NCBI GenBank assembly: GCA_964016885.1
Contig: OZ024743.1
Span: 53,072,001-53,136,000 of the forward strand
DNA length: 64,000 nucleotides
Direction: 5' to 3'
Source of the DNA: Eledone cirrhosa
Lineage: Eukaryota
The translations under genes and the position numbers were made by a program. The notes beneath the pieces are model-generated. The model worked only from the letters and a program-made list of their open reading frames with translations, was not told where the DNA came from and did no database searches. This document shows positions 41,201-53,045 of the stretch, one piece after another. Position 1 is the first letter of the stretch; each line of letters opens with the position of its first letter.

Positions 41201-44200
41201 GCATACCTCACATCTGTCATCTACTGCCGCCTGACTGTAGAGGTGACTAATGCATACCTCACATCTGTCATCTACTGCCGCCTGACTGTAGAGGTGACTA
41301 ATGCATACCTCACATCTGTCATCTACTGCCGCCTGACTGTAGAGGTGACTAATGCATACCTCACATCTGTCATCTACTGCCGCCTGACTGTAGAGGTGAC
41401 TAATGCATACCTCACATCTGTCATCTACTGCCGCCTGACAGTAGAGGTGGCTAATGCATACCTCACATCTGTCATCTACTGCCGCCTGACCATAGAGGTG
41501 GCTAATGCATACCTCACATCTGTCATCTACTGCCGCCTGACCATAGAGGTGGCTAATGCATACCTCACATCTGTCATCTACTGCCGCCTGACCATAGAGG
41601 TGGCTAATGCATACCTCACATCTGTCATCTACTGCCGCCTGACTGTAGAGGTGGCTAATGCATACCTCACATCTGTCATCTACTGCGGCCTGACCATAGA
41701 GGTGACTAATGGATACCTCACATCTGTCATCTACTGCCGCCTGACTGTAGAGGTGGCTAATGCATACCTCACATCTGTCATCTACTGCTGCCTGACTGTA
41801 GAGGTGACTAATGCATACCTCACATCTGTCATCTACTGCCGCCTGACTGTAGAGGTGGCTAATGCATACCTCACATCTGTCATCTACTGCCGCCTGACCA
41901 TAGAGGTGGCTAATGCATACCTCACATCTGTCATCTACTGCCGCCTGACTGTAGAGGTGGCTAATGCATACCTCACATCTGTCATCTACTGCTGCCTGAC
42001 TGTAGAGGTGGCTAATGCATACTCACATCTGTCATCTACTGCCGCCTGACTGTAGAGGTGGCTAATGCATACCTCACATCTGTCATCTACTGCCGCCTGA
42101 CTGTAGAGGTGGCTAATGCATACCTCACATCTGTCATCTACTGCTGCCTGACTGTAGAGGTGACTAATGCATACCTCACATCTGTCATCTACTGCCGCCT
42201 GACTGTAGAGGTGGCTAATGCATACCTCACATCTGTCATCTACTGCCGCCTGACCATAGAGGTGGCTAATGCATACCTCACATCTGTCATCTACTGCCGC
42301 CTGACTGTAGAGGTGGCTAATGCATACCTCACATCTGTCATCTACTGCTGCCTGACTGTAGAGGTGACTAATGCATACCTCACATCTGTCATCTACTGCT
42401 GCCTGACTGTAGAGGTGGCTAATGCATACCTCACATCTGTCATCTACTGCTGCCTGACTGTAGAGGTGGCTAATGCATACCTCACATCTGTCATCTACTG
42501 CCGCCTGACTGTAGAGGTGACTAATGCATACCTCACATCTGTCATCTACTGCAGCCTGACTGTAGAGGTGGCTAATGCATACCTCACATCTGTCATCTAC
42601 TGCCGCCTGACTGTAGAGGTGACTAATGCATACCTCACATCTGTCATCTACTGCCGCCTGACTGTAGAGGTGGCTAATGCATACCTCACATCTGTCATCT
42701 ACTGCTGCCTGACTGTAGAGGTGACTAATGCATACCTCACATCTGTCATCTACTGCTGCCTGACTGTAGAGGTGACTAATGCATACCTCACATCTGTCAT
42801 CTACTGCCGCCTGACTGTAGAGGTGACTAATGCATACCTCACATCTGTCATCTACTGCCGCCTGACCATAGAGGTGACTAATGCATACCTCACATCTGTC
42901 ATCTACTGCCGCCTGACCATAGAGGTGACTAATGCATACCTCACATCTGTCATCTACTGCCGCCTGACCATAGAGGTGACTAATGCATACCTCACATCTG
43001 TCATCTACTGCTGCCTGACTGTAGAGGTGACTAATGCATACCTCACATCTGTCATCTACTGCCGCCTGACTGTAGAGGTGACTAATGCATACCTCACATC
43101 TGTCATCTACTGCTGCCTGACCATAGAGGTGGCTAATGCATACCTCACATCTGTCATCTACTGCTGCCTGACTGTAGAGGTGACTAATGCATACCTCACA
43201 TCTGTCATCTACTGCCGCCTGACTGTAGAGGTGGCTAATGCATACCTCACATCTGTCATCTACTGCTGCCTGACCATAGAGGTGACTAATGCATACCTCA
43301 CATCTGTCATCTACTGCCGCCTGACCATCATTCCAAGTCCTAAGCCTGTCTGACTGCACTGGAGCGTCTCCTCTTTTGTTTCTTGTGGAAGGGATACATT
43401 CCAATGGTCAGGCAGTCTATCTGCTGTCAACACCAGCTGCTTGGAGGACTAAACATGTGCTGAGGTCATCTTTTCCTCAACATGAACAGGTGTGGTCGCT
43501 GTTCACTAGACACATGTTTCCTCACTTTGTCTCCTTAATAGAGCTCCAATACTTGGTCAAGTGAAGACCAAGAGGGAGCGCTTGGAAACTGTAATGTCTT
43601 TGAGAGTTCACAGCCCTCTACCAATCGGGCTGTATGATTAGTGAAAGCTCCACCTTGGCATTCTATAGAGAGTTAGTGGTGGGAAAAAGTGAGGACATTC
43701 TTGGGGAAACTCTGGACATCACCGAAAAACGTCTAGCCATTCATTTTTTTGCAGACTTTCGGTCCAGGGCCCATGGATAATTTCCAGAAATCCCCAGCCT
43801 GAGAGGGCTACTGAGGAGCTTTGCTAGTTTAGGATAAACTCTACAGCCATTGAAGTGCTGTCAGCCGGGCCTGTCTGAAATGTGTGCAGGGTGAGGAAAC
43901 CATCCTACATGCACTTGTTTGGTGTCCGAGTATTGCTGACCTGTGGGTTTATGTCGAACACCTGTTGTCGCATGTATGATGAATTTAGCTGTCAGCCAAG
44001 TTCATTGTGAAGATCATCCCACTACCTTCCTTTAGTCAGGAAAGGCAGGCTGTTTTTATCTGTCTGGTAGCCATGGCAAAACAGGTTGAATAGTGGGGAC
44101 ACATTTGAAAGGGTTTAAGACCAGCACCTTCTTCTTCGGTGAAGCCCTGATTAACTTTTTCAGGTTTCACTTGAAAAGAAAAATTTGTGTAGAGTTCTAC

Positions 44201-44560
44201 CTTCCAGGCAGTTTGTTGTAAGGTAGGTGAAAGAGGAAAATATGGCCCAGGTGAATGGTCCTGCACTGGGTGTGTGCCTGTAGATTGGAGGAGGACAACT
44301 AGGACAAGACACATGCCCTAGAGATCAGGGCACCTATAGTTTTATGGCAGTTTTTCAATGAGCATCCCTTGAACACCTCCTCCCTATTGAGGAATTCCCT
44401 TTGTTTAATTTTTATAGTTACTTTTCTTCTTCACTAATGTTAAATCTGTTTATAGCAGAACCCACAAGCCGATACTCACACTTACACTCACTTGTTTTTG
44501 TCCTGTACCATCATAATGTTTTTCTTGATGTTAACCCTTGTGATGAATAAAGTATTCATC
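23290..44560 (+). mobile_element. Decayed 5'-truncated L1/Tx1-type LINE ORF2 (post-RT region, zinc knuckle, 3' UTR), interrupted by the 51-bp array
   Basis: Left flank LLEVWFRRDLQMDKNWEKVINRV..QKWAERKLSMKGEAEVANAYLTSVIYC. Right flank ..RLTIIPSP, then LFCFLWKG..PMVRQSICCQHQ, CLKC..ETILHALVWCP (CCHC) at ~43.87 kb, and an aataaa-(att)n tail. Confidence 0.85.
23428..43328. repeat. 51-bp tandem satellite, ~389 units: agaggtg(a/g)ctaatgcatacctcacatctgtcatctactg(c/t)(g/a)cctgac(tg/ca)t
   Basis: 19,901 bp. Removing the nine 7-bp duplications I counted and restoring one 1-bp deletion gives 389 x 51. Confidence 0.98.
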
Positions 44561-44574
44561 ATTATTATTATTAT

Positions 44575-45430
44575 CTGGAATGTTGCCAAGTACTTACTGA
44601 TTTCTACCAGACGGGAAATGTAGTCAGTGGAATTTCCACTTCTATAGAGGATTAGTGGTGGCCAAGTGCAGTGAGGCTCTTGTGAGGCTCTGGGATTTGA
44701 CCAAGTCAAACTGACCAGTCTGTTCCAGTGGACTTTCGAGCCGGGACTATAGATAACTTCCAAAAATCTCTCACTTGGCAGTGCTACTGGGGGGCACTGC
44801 TGGTTTGAGATAAACTCTACAGGTACAGAAGTGCTGTCAGACAGACCCGCCCGAGATGCACACAGAATAACAAAAGCATTCTACACACACTCGTCCAGTG
44901 CCCATGCATTACTGATGTGTGGATTTATGTCTAAAACCTGTTGTTGCGTGTAGGATGGATCCAGCTATCGGCCGAGTCCACAGTGAAGATGGCTCTACTT
45001 CCTTCTTTTGGAAGGGCAGGCAGTTTTCCTCTGTCTGGTGGTGGTAGCGAAAGAGGTTGTGTGGTGGATCAGGTTAAAAGGACTGAAGACAGATACTTTT
45101 CTCTTCAGCCAATCCATCATCAATTTTTTCAAGTTTCATTTGGAAAGGAAGGTGAGAGTGGGAAGAGCGGTGCCCCCCCCCCCCCCCCCTCATCCCTTAC
45201 GTTTCATAAAAGGTGGATGAATGTGGTGAGAATGGCCCACCTGAAATACCCTACTTTTAGCATGCTCCTCAGGCTGGTTAACTTGAGGAGGAGAGGGGTG
45301 CCCTTCCTGGGTACCCTAGAAGTGTCGGGTGGTTCAAGATTGGTGGGGTACCTGAGTCATCCCCTGGGTGGTTCAACATCCTATTGGGGAATTTATTTTG
45401 TTATATTTTATATATTTTATATTTTATTCA
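44575..45430 (+). mobile_element. Second L1/Tx1-type LINE 3' fragment
   Basis: PRCTQNNKSILHTLVQCP (decayed CCHC) and EGQAVFLCLVVVAKEVVWWIRLKGLKTDTFL..FFKFHLERKVRV; paralogous to 43.7-44.3 kb. Confidence 0.82.
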
Positions 45431-45443
45431 TTAATTGCTTTTG

Positions 45444-45642
45444 GGCGGTGGATTGGCAGTATCGGTAGAGGGTCGGACGCCTTGTTTTTCAGCATAGAGT
45501 TATGGCCCTTTATGACCTGAGTTCAAATCCCGCTGAGGTTAACCTTGCCTTTCATTCTTACGGGGTTGATAAAATAAAGTACCAGTAATGTACTGGGTGA
45601 TTGCTGGCCTTGTGCCAAAAGTAGAAACAATTATTATTATAT
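45444..45642 (+). mobile_element. tRNA-derived SINE, near full length
   Basis: A-box-like tggcagtatcgg, B-box gagttcaaatcc, shared core and (att)n tail. Confidence 0.88.
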
Positions 45643-45754
45643 TATGCTACTCTTTCTCTTTCCTCATAATTCTCCTCCTACTTCTCCTTAGCATAATTAT
45701 CTTCTTCAACTATATTATCGCTATAATTTGATTTGTTATTATTCTATTATCCTA

Positions 45755-45960
45755 TTACTACCACCACCACAACTACCACTACCACCACAACTACCACCAC
45801 CACCACTACCACTACCACCGCTGCTACCACCACCACCACAACTGCCACCACCACCACCACCACCACAACCACCACCACAACTGCCACCACCACCACTACC
45901 ACCACCACCACCACTGCCACCACCACCACCACCACAACTGCCACCACCACCACCACCATC
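45755..45960. repeat. (CCA)n-rich trinucleotide tract
   Basis: Direct reading. Confidence 0.95.
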
Positions 45961-46416
45961 AATATGCTGACTTATCTAATCCTTTTCACATAGGTTGGCT
46001 GTTTCCAGGGAAACCCATCATGTCTTTGCATATATATATATATGTATATGTATATATATATATTTGTGTGTGTGTGTATATATATATATAAATATATATA
46101 TATATATGTATATATATATGTGTGTGTGTCTGTATATATATGTATGTGTATATATGTGTATATATGTATATATGTATGTATATATATATATATATATATA
46201 TAAATGAAATATAGAAATTATTGTGAGCAAGAAACCAACAGTATTTCCTAATATATAAATGACTATAACGTCAAAATGGAAAATAATTAATGTAAGATAT
46301 GGGAAAATAATTCAAACTCAATTAAAAAAAAATCAAGACAGATTTTATCCACAGATTTTTGTGAAATCCAGGGAGAAAACCAATAGAGTTATATATATAT
46401 ATATAATATCGAAATG

Positions 46417-46465
46417 GCTTCTACAGGACTAGAGCTGTTTCATCCAGGAGAAATCATCAGGAAGC
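46417..46465 (-). ncRNA. Type I hammerhead ribozyme between two TA tracts
   Basis: gcttc-CTGATGA-tttctcctggat-GAAA-cag-ctctagtc-ctg-TA-gaagc; stems I and III fully paired, GUA triplet. Confidence 0.8.
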
Positions 46466-46511
<46 letters not shown>

Positions 46512-46764
46512 GTGTATACATGACAACATAACATATATCATACACACATATACACATGTACATGCACACATACATTCATGCACACACATATACACATACA
46601 CATATACACATACACACATACACACATACAGACATACACACATACACACATACATACATACATACACACCCCAATTGATTTAGCTGCTCTCATTATTATT
46701 AAACAGTGGAAACTTGCTTTCAGTTATCATCTATTCCACTACTGATTACAGTATATTATCTACA

Positions 46765-46798
46765 GCAGCTGCTGTTGCTGCTGCTGCTGCTGCTATTG

Positions 46799-46844
<46 letters not shown>

Positions 46845-46860
46845 CACTACTACTACTACT
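46765..46860. repeat. (CTG)n(CTA)n microsatellite
   Basis: Direct reading. Confidence 0.93.
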
Positions 46861-47589
46861 AGCTATGTTCCAAACACCAGCTAAATAATGATAAAGTTAG
46901 TTATTTTAATATCTTTCCAAATTCTTCATTATTTTTTAAATGATATGAAATTATAGGCAGTGTATTTCATTAGAAATATGGTAATGAAAGGATTAATTAG
47001 TGTCAGTGAAATGTACCGTAGGAACAAAGATACGAGTATGTGTATATATAAATATTTACTATGTATATATATGAATAAGAGAGTATTGAAGTTTGCTTGA
47101 AGCATTGTGGAATAATAAAATTGGTCGTTTTGGAAGCCTCATTGTACACACAATAGAAAACAGAGACCACATGTTGTCCCTCTCTGACTAAAAACTTTCC
47201 CTCTCGGAAAACCCCCAGTCGATGGATGTGAAATCTGAAATATAGGGACAATTAAATCACTTCCATGTTATTATTTTTACACTCTTTCCTACGTTCCTCT
47301 ACACCCTATATGTCTCATTCTACATTTCCTCTTACATCTCTCTCATTACCACCTGATTCTGTTACCTGGAGATTAACCCATCTGCATTGTTGAGGCTTCC
47401 AAAACGACCAATTATATATATGTATATATACTTGTACACACACGTGTGTGTATGTGTGTGCATTTCGTGTATGCATCTACCATCAAAAACAATTGAAGTT
47501 GACCATGAAGGTCAAATGTGCTCCCAAAGCTTTGTTTGGCACTCTTTCTATGGATGCCCTTCCTATTAGCAACCACTTTACCAATCTCC

Positions 47590-48030
47590 TGCAATATCTT
47601 TTTAGACTTGCTGGACACTTTTCCAAAGTTTTTATTCCAGTCCGTTTCTTCTGCAACCATCCTAACATTAATCTATGACCCTTTGCCATCACTGCTTGCA
47701 CCACTTCCACATTTTTTTCATTTCTTGATGAGATTGGCCATCCAGATGAAGTTTGTCTTAACATTTTCTTGGCCTTCCACATGAAGTTTGTCTTAACATT
47801 TACCTGGCCTTCCAGAAAAAGTTTGTCTTAACATTTTCCTGGCCTTCCAGAAGAAGTTTGTCTTAACATTTTCTTGGCCCTCTTTGGGAGCTTCGTGCCA
47901 TTGAAAAACTTAACTTCTCAATAAAGTGGCATCTCCAGAAGCCTGTGTTAAAGAATTAAATGGCTCAGCGACAGATTTGTTGAGTTTCACACAAAATTTG
48001 ATCCCGTGTCGTATTTTCGTGTGTCGTGTA
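47590..48030 (-). mobile_element. mariner transposase N-terminal (HTH) relic
   Basis: Minus strand IKFCVKLNKSVAEPFNSLTQASGDATLLRS*VFQWHEAPKEGQENVK..SGWPISSRNEKNVEVVQAVM resembles the mariner IKFCVKLGKSATET..VFEWHKRFKEGRE..SGRP pattern. Confidence 0.78.
47748..47880. repeat. 35-bp tandem repeat, ~4 copies, inside the mariner relic
   Basis: gaagtttgtcttaacattttcttggccttcca.. starts at 47748, 47783, 47818 and 47853. Confidence 0.9.
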
Positions 48031-48204
48031 TTTTCCTGCATCACAAATGTAACAGAGGTTATAAACAAGTCTAGTATACATAACCAGCAATATTCACTAC
48101 TGACTCAATCAATCAATGTTGAAATAAGTATTGATGTGCAGCCAAAGTCACACCCAACAATAAGGTGCATTACCAGGTTGTAATAGGAAAATCAGTACCC
48201 TCAC

Positions 48205-48382
48205 TATATAAGAACCCTTCGGTCATGAAGGACCATGGGTTTTAGAGCAAGAAAGACTGGGTAAGGTATTTTAGTGGAAGACCAGCAGTTGTACATACAT
48301 ATCAGTCTCTTCTCACCTCACCGATGTTGTCCAAGCGGCAAAGGCTGACAGCTTGGCACCAGAGACATCGCAACTCATTTGA
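48205..48382 (-). mobile_element. SINE fragment
   Basis: cccttcggtcatgaa.gaccatggg..ggaagaccagcag..cagcttggcacca..catcgcaactcattt; its end joins the ctcatttctacagctgag motif of the SINE at 6255. Confidence 0.6.
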
Positions 48383-48506
48383 AAAATAGGTAGTAACATG
48401 TGCTTATGCCGTATTTCATTAAATAAAATTAGTCTGTTAGTTGGGATTAAAAATAATCCTCTGAATGGAAAAAAGGATGAGTATTGACATATATGTGACA
48501 CAAACC

Positions 48507-48586
48507 CACATCTTTGGTTTGCCGGACCAATGTGTTACCATTACACATGTAACGGTAACACATTGGTCTGGCAAACCAAAGATGTG
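48507..48586. repeat. 80-bp near-perfect hairpin
   Basis: cacatctttggtttgccggaccaatgtgttaccattaca / tgtaacggtaacacattggtctggcaaaccaaagatgtg. Confidence 0.9.
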
Positions 48587-48587
48587 T

Positions 48588-50143
48588 CATCATCATCATC
48601 ATCATCATCATCACCGTTTTACGTCCGTTCTTCCACGCGAGCATGGGTTACACGGGTTGTCCTGTTGTGGGCAGTGTCTGGTCGGCTGACCATGCCTTGC
48701 TCATACAGGAACTGATTTGGCTTGATTTCTACAGCTGGATGCCCTTCCTAACACTAACCTCATTTACAGTGAGTGCTGGGTGCTTTTTCGTGGCGCCTAC
48801 ACGTCTACTTTACAGTGTGGGCTGGGTGCTTTTTTGCTGTGGCACCTCCACGACCACCTTGCGGTGGAAGGTGTGGGGGCATATTGTCTATTTGCTTCAG
48901 CTTGTACCCATGGGAGGTCGGGTACTCTGTATTACTGCGTGACGCCAGAAGTCACGGTCGTGTGTCATTGTCTTTGAGAGGTGTAATTGGGTAAGGTCGG
49001 CTTTTATCACCTCATCCCAGGTCATCTTGGGTCTCCCCACTCCGCGGTTTCCATCAACTTCTAGTGCTCTGCACCTTTTTATGCAGCTGTCATCCTTCAT
49101 ACGCATCACATGTCCATACCAGCGCAACCGCCTCTCCTGCACACAGCATTTGATTCCTCTTATGCTCAGTCTCTCTCTCAATTCATTTATGCTTTGTCGT
49201 TCACGTATATTACTGTTACACATCCATCAGAGCATGCAGGCTTTGTTTCTCTCTAATCTCCGTAAGTCTTCCACCTTCAGCGCCCAGGTCTCACTACCAT
49301 GCAGCATCGCTGTTCGGATACACGCATCATACAGTCTGCCTTTCATTCTGAGGGAGAAGCCTTTTGTAGCTAGCAGTGGTAGTAGTTCCCTAAACTTCTT
49401 CCATCCGTTCTTACCCTAGTTATTGTACTTTCTGAACACCCACCTCCGCTGCTAATTCGGTCACCTAGGTAGCAGAAGCTGTCTACTGTTTCTACAGGGC
49501 CCTCCCAGAGATTGGTGGTACTTGTTTCCTGTGGCTGTTTGCTGCTTGCTGTCTCAGCATAGCTGCTGCATGTGAATCCTACATTCTTAATTAAGCTTCC
49601 TGAGATCCCGCTACATCTCTTGTGTACCCATTGTTTGCATTTGGGACAGAGAATGGAGTTCTTACCTACACCTTTCCTACATACTGAGCAAGGCCATTTC
49701 CCTGAGGGGATCTGGGTTCTGTTTTCTCGTCTACTTACAAGGACCTTCGTCTTTGTCATGTTGACTTTGAGACCCTTTCTTTCTAGTCCCTGCTTCCAAG
49801 TTTGGAATTTCTTCTCTAGTTCTACCATAGATTCAGCTATGAGTGCGAGGTCATCAGCATACAGGAGTTCCCATGGGCATCCGGTCTTAAACTCCTCCGT
49901 TATTGCCTGCAGGACTATGATGAACAGGAGAGGGCTAAGAACAGAGCCCTGGTGGACCCCAACCTGTACGCTAAATTCCTCGCTATACTCATTGCTAATC
50001 CTAACTTTGCTGACTGCTCCCCTATACATGGCTTGTACCGCTTTCACAAGCCATTCATCTACTCCTAGTTTTCTAAGAGCCCACCAGATTACAGCACGTG
50101 GAACTCTGTCAAAGGCTTTCTCAAGGTCAACAAATGCCAAGTA
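48588..50143 (-). mobile_element. RTE-clade LINE, 5'-truncated (RT, C-terminus, (GAT)n tail), frameshifted
   Basis: AFVDLEKAFDRVPR..GVHQGSVLSPLLF..LLYADDL..GLKVN..VDSFCYLG, then ERRLRWYGHVMRM..GRPK. Confidence 0.95.
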
Positions 50144-50339
50144 GGTGCATGTGTATTGCTGGTATTATACTGATTTCTTTACGCACATATTTTACCACCC
50201 TCACACACACTATACACACTACACATTACACACTACGCATTACACACTATAGATTATATAGATCAGTTTTTTGTTAGTGTGTTGTCTCTGTGTCACCATG
50301 GTAACTTATCAGTCAACTGTGACAGTTAATTCAACAACC

Positions 50340-51040
50340 ATACTGACCACCACCATCACAACACCACAACCACCACACCACCACCACCACCACCACCACA
50401 CTGCCACCACCACACTGCCACCACCACACCACCACCACCACACCACCACCACCACTGCCACCACCACCACCACTACCCCCACACCACTACCACCACCATC
50501 ACTATCCCCCCCACTACCACCACCACCACCACCACCACCACCACCACCACCACCATCACAACCACCACCACCACCACTACCACCACCACCACTACACCAC
50601 AACCACCACCACCACCACCTCCACCACCACTACCACCACCACCACCACTACCACCACCACTACCACCACCACTACCACCACCACTACCACCACCACCACT
50701 ACTACCACCACCACCATCACTACTACTACCACCACCACTACCACCACCATCACTACCACCACCACCACTACCACCCCACCACCACTACAACCACCACCAC
50801 TACCACTACTACCACCACCACCACCACTACCACCACCACCACCACCACCACCACCACCACCACTACCACCACCACCACCAGCACCACCACTACCACCACC
50901 ACCACCACCACCACCACTACCACCACCACCACTACCACCACCACCACCACCACCACCACCACCACCACTACCACCACCACCACTACCACCACCACTACCA
51001 CCACCACTAACACCACCACCACACCACCACCACCACCACC
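50340..51040. repeat. (CCA/CTA)n trinucleotide tract
   Basis: Direct reading. Confidence 0.96.
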
Positions 51041-51254
51041 TGTAACCAAAATGACATCACCCACAATACTGCCCCCCCCCCACCTAACCTCTCATATAAG
51101 GTTTTAACTTGACAATTGATCTTGTGACCTTTGCTGTGACAGTCTGACCTTTGCCCCCCCCCCCTCATCCCCTTCAGTGTAATGTCTACCTCTTCCTGCT
51201 GTATATGTCTTATTTCCTCTTCACTGTCTCTTTATCTCTCTCATCACACACACA

Positions 51255-51525
51255 TCATCATCATCATGATTCTGCTTTTCCCTGCTTGCAAGGGTGGGAC
51301 GGGTCTTATTCAGCACAGCATCTCTCCACTTGTCACGGCCCTTCGTCATCTCCTCTGTGAGCTTCAGCGATCTGATGTCTGTTCTCACCACCTCTGCCCA
51401 TGTTTTTCATGGTCTACCTCTACCACGTCTTCCTTCATCTGCCATTTCCTGGCACTTCTTCATCCATCGGTCATCCTCCATGCGCATCACATGTCCATAC
51501 CACCTCAGTCTCCTCTCTCGCACAC
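51255..51525 (-). mobile_element. RTE 3' fragment
   Basis: CVRERRLRWYGHVMRMEDDRWMKKC..GRRGRGRP plus (GAT)n tail. Confidence 0.85.
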
Positions 51526-51531
51526 ACATAC

Positions 51532-51601
<70 letters not shown>

Positions 51602-51602
<1 letters not shown>

Positions 51603-52210
51603 TGGTGGCTGCCAACTCGTTTTCGAGTACGGGCCACTACTTTATATCCATGTAGGAGAACCCCTACCGATGCGCTGAACGAATGTGACTTTTTAGTCCA
51701 GCCAGCGACTTGAAAAGTCTGGTACAAACACTACACTTGTGACAATTATTGACACATAGTGCTGGGCCCATGGTACCATGTGATGACAAGTGCAGAGAGA
51801 TCTCCAGATATAAAGCAGTGCCTGTGCCGTGAAGCTTTTATAGTGAGCAAAGGCACTGCACAAAGCCAGTCCCACTCTCTTAACCAAGATGGTATTTACC
51901 AAAAAGAAGAACAAGTCAACATCATTGGATACCATCAGGGTTACAGGTGTTATATCAGAGTTTTCCTTCTCCTAGAATTCTGCCTTGACAAAGGCTAAGG
52001 GGTCATCTCTCCCGGTGATTTTGGATGGCCATTGACTCTTAAGAGCTCCTTTGCCCTTTGACAGGTTTTGTTTTTAGTCCTGCAGGATGTCCAAAGTCAC
52101 CCACCTCACCAAGAAACCTTGGTGGGGTTGCCAGTTTAGTCGCCAACGACCCGACCATGGGACAGGTTGTACTGGTAACATGTATCCCAGTAGCACCAAC
52201 TGGTGACCTG
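51602..52210 (-). mobile_element. Probable retroelement 5' UTR fragment (RTE-like)
   Basis: GC-richer block bounded by microsatellites; resemblance to RTE 5' UTRs is by recollection only, no ORF. Confidence 0.3.
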
Positions 52211-52217
52211 ATATATA

Positions 52218-52251
<34 letters not shown>

Positions 52252-52404
52252 CATATATACATACACACCACATACATACACATCACATACATACACACAC
52301 ACATACATACGTGCATACATACATACAAACAACATACACATATACATACAAACATACATAACACACATACATACATACATACATACACATTACATACATA
52401 CATA

Positions 52405-53045
52405 AGAACCTTCCAGTCAAGAGATATCCACACTGTTATCCTTCTCTTCTCCACTTTTGCCCGACCCCACCTTGAATACTGTTGTCCACTGTGGTCTCCC
52501 CACACAAAATAAAGTATCATGCAAGTTGAAGCACCCCAAAGATCAAATACAAAAAAAAAGATAGATGGCAGGACAGGCCTTGACTATTGGAGTCGATTAG
52601 AAAAGCTCAACCTTTATTCTCTCCAGTGTCGTAAATATCCAGGGAGGTAAATATTCCATCAGTTTTGCCCAAATGATGTTGGCATCACCTTTAATGTACA
52701 CCCAAGGCTTGGGCCCCGTGCTATCCGCCCACAACAAAAATCTCACTCGCATCTCATAACAACAATACGGCACAATTATTTCACCTCAATTGGCCCTGCA
52801 CTCTTTAACATTATACCAAGACACATCAAAGCAGAGACAGGCCCCATCCAGTTCAAGATGTCTTTGGAGAAATTCCTTCAAGAAATCCTGGATAAACCTC
52901 CTACACCCGGATATGCCTCCGTAAACAATAACTCCCTTCTTGAGTGGGCCATGGTGCCCAAATCCTGATTTGAAAGACTTCGCCAGGTGGTGCTATTAAG
53001 TTAGACATGGCCTGGGCCAGTACTGGCCGAAACCTATCAAATTTA
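52405..53045 (+). mobile_element. CR1/L2-type LINE 3' fragment
   Basis: RTFQSRD..ILLFSTFARPHLEYCCPLWSPH..VEAPQR..LDYWSRLEKLNLYSLQ..GPALFNIIP..FKMSLEKFL. Confidence 0.85.

Noticed and set aside
23306-43404. Giant ORFs (up to 2231 aa) on both strands as Cys-rich or zinc-finger repeat protein genes
   Set aside because: They follow automatically from a stop-free 51-bp unit. The array contains stops (gcatag), 7-bp and 1-bp frameshifts, and lies within a dead LINE.
45444-45540. tRNA genes at the A/B-box motifs (also 6300-6379, 22925, 59579)
   Set aside because: No cloverleaf could be formed, and they continue into a shared SINE body and tail.
50271-51107. Pro/His/Thr-rich ORFs (also 45728-45993)
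   Set aside because: Translations of (CCA)n tracts.
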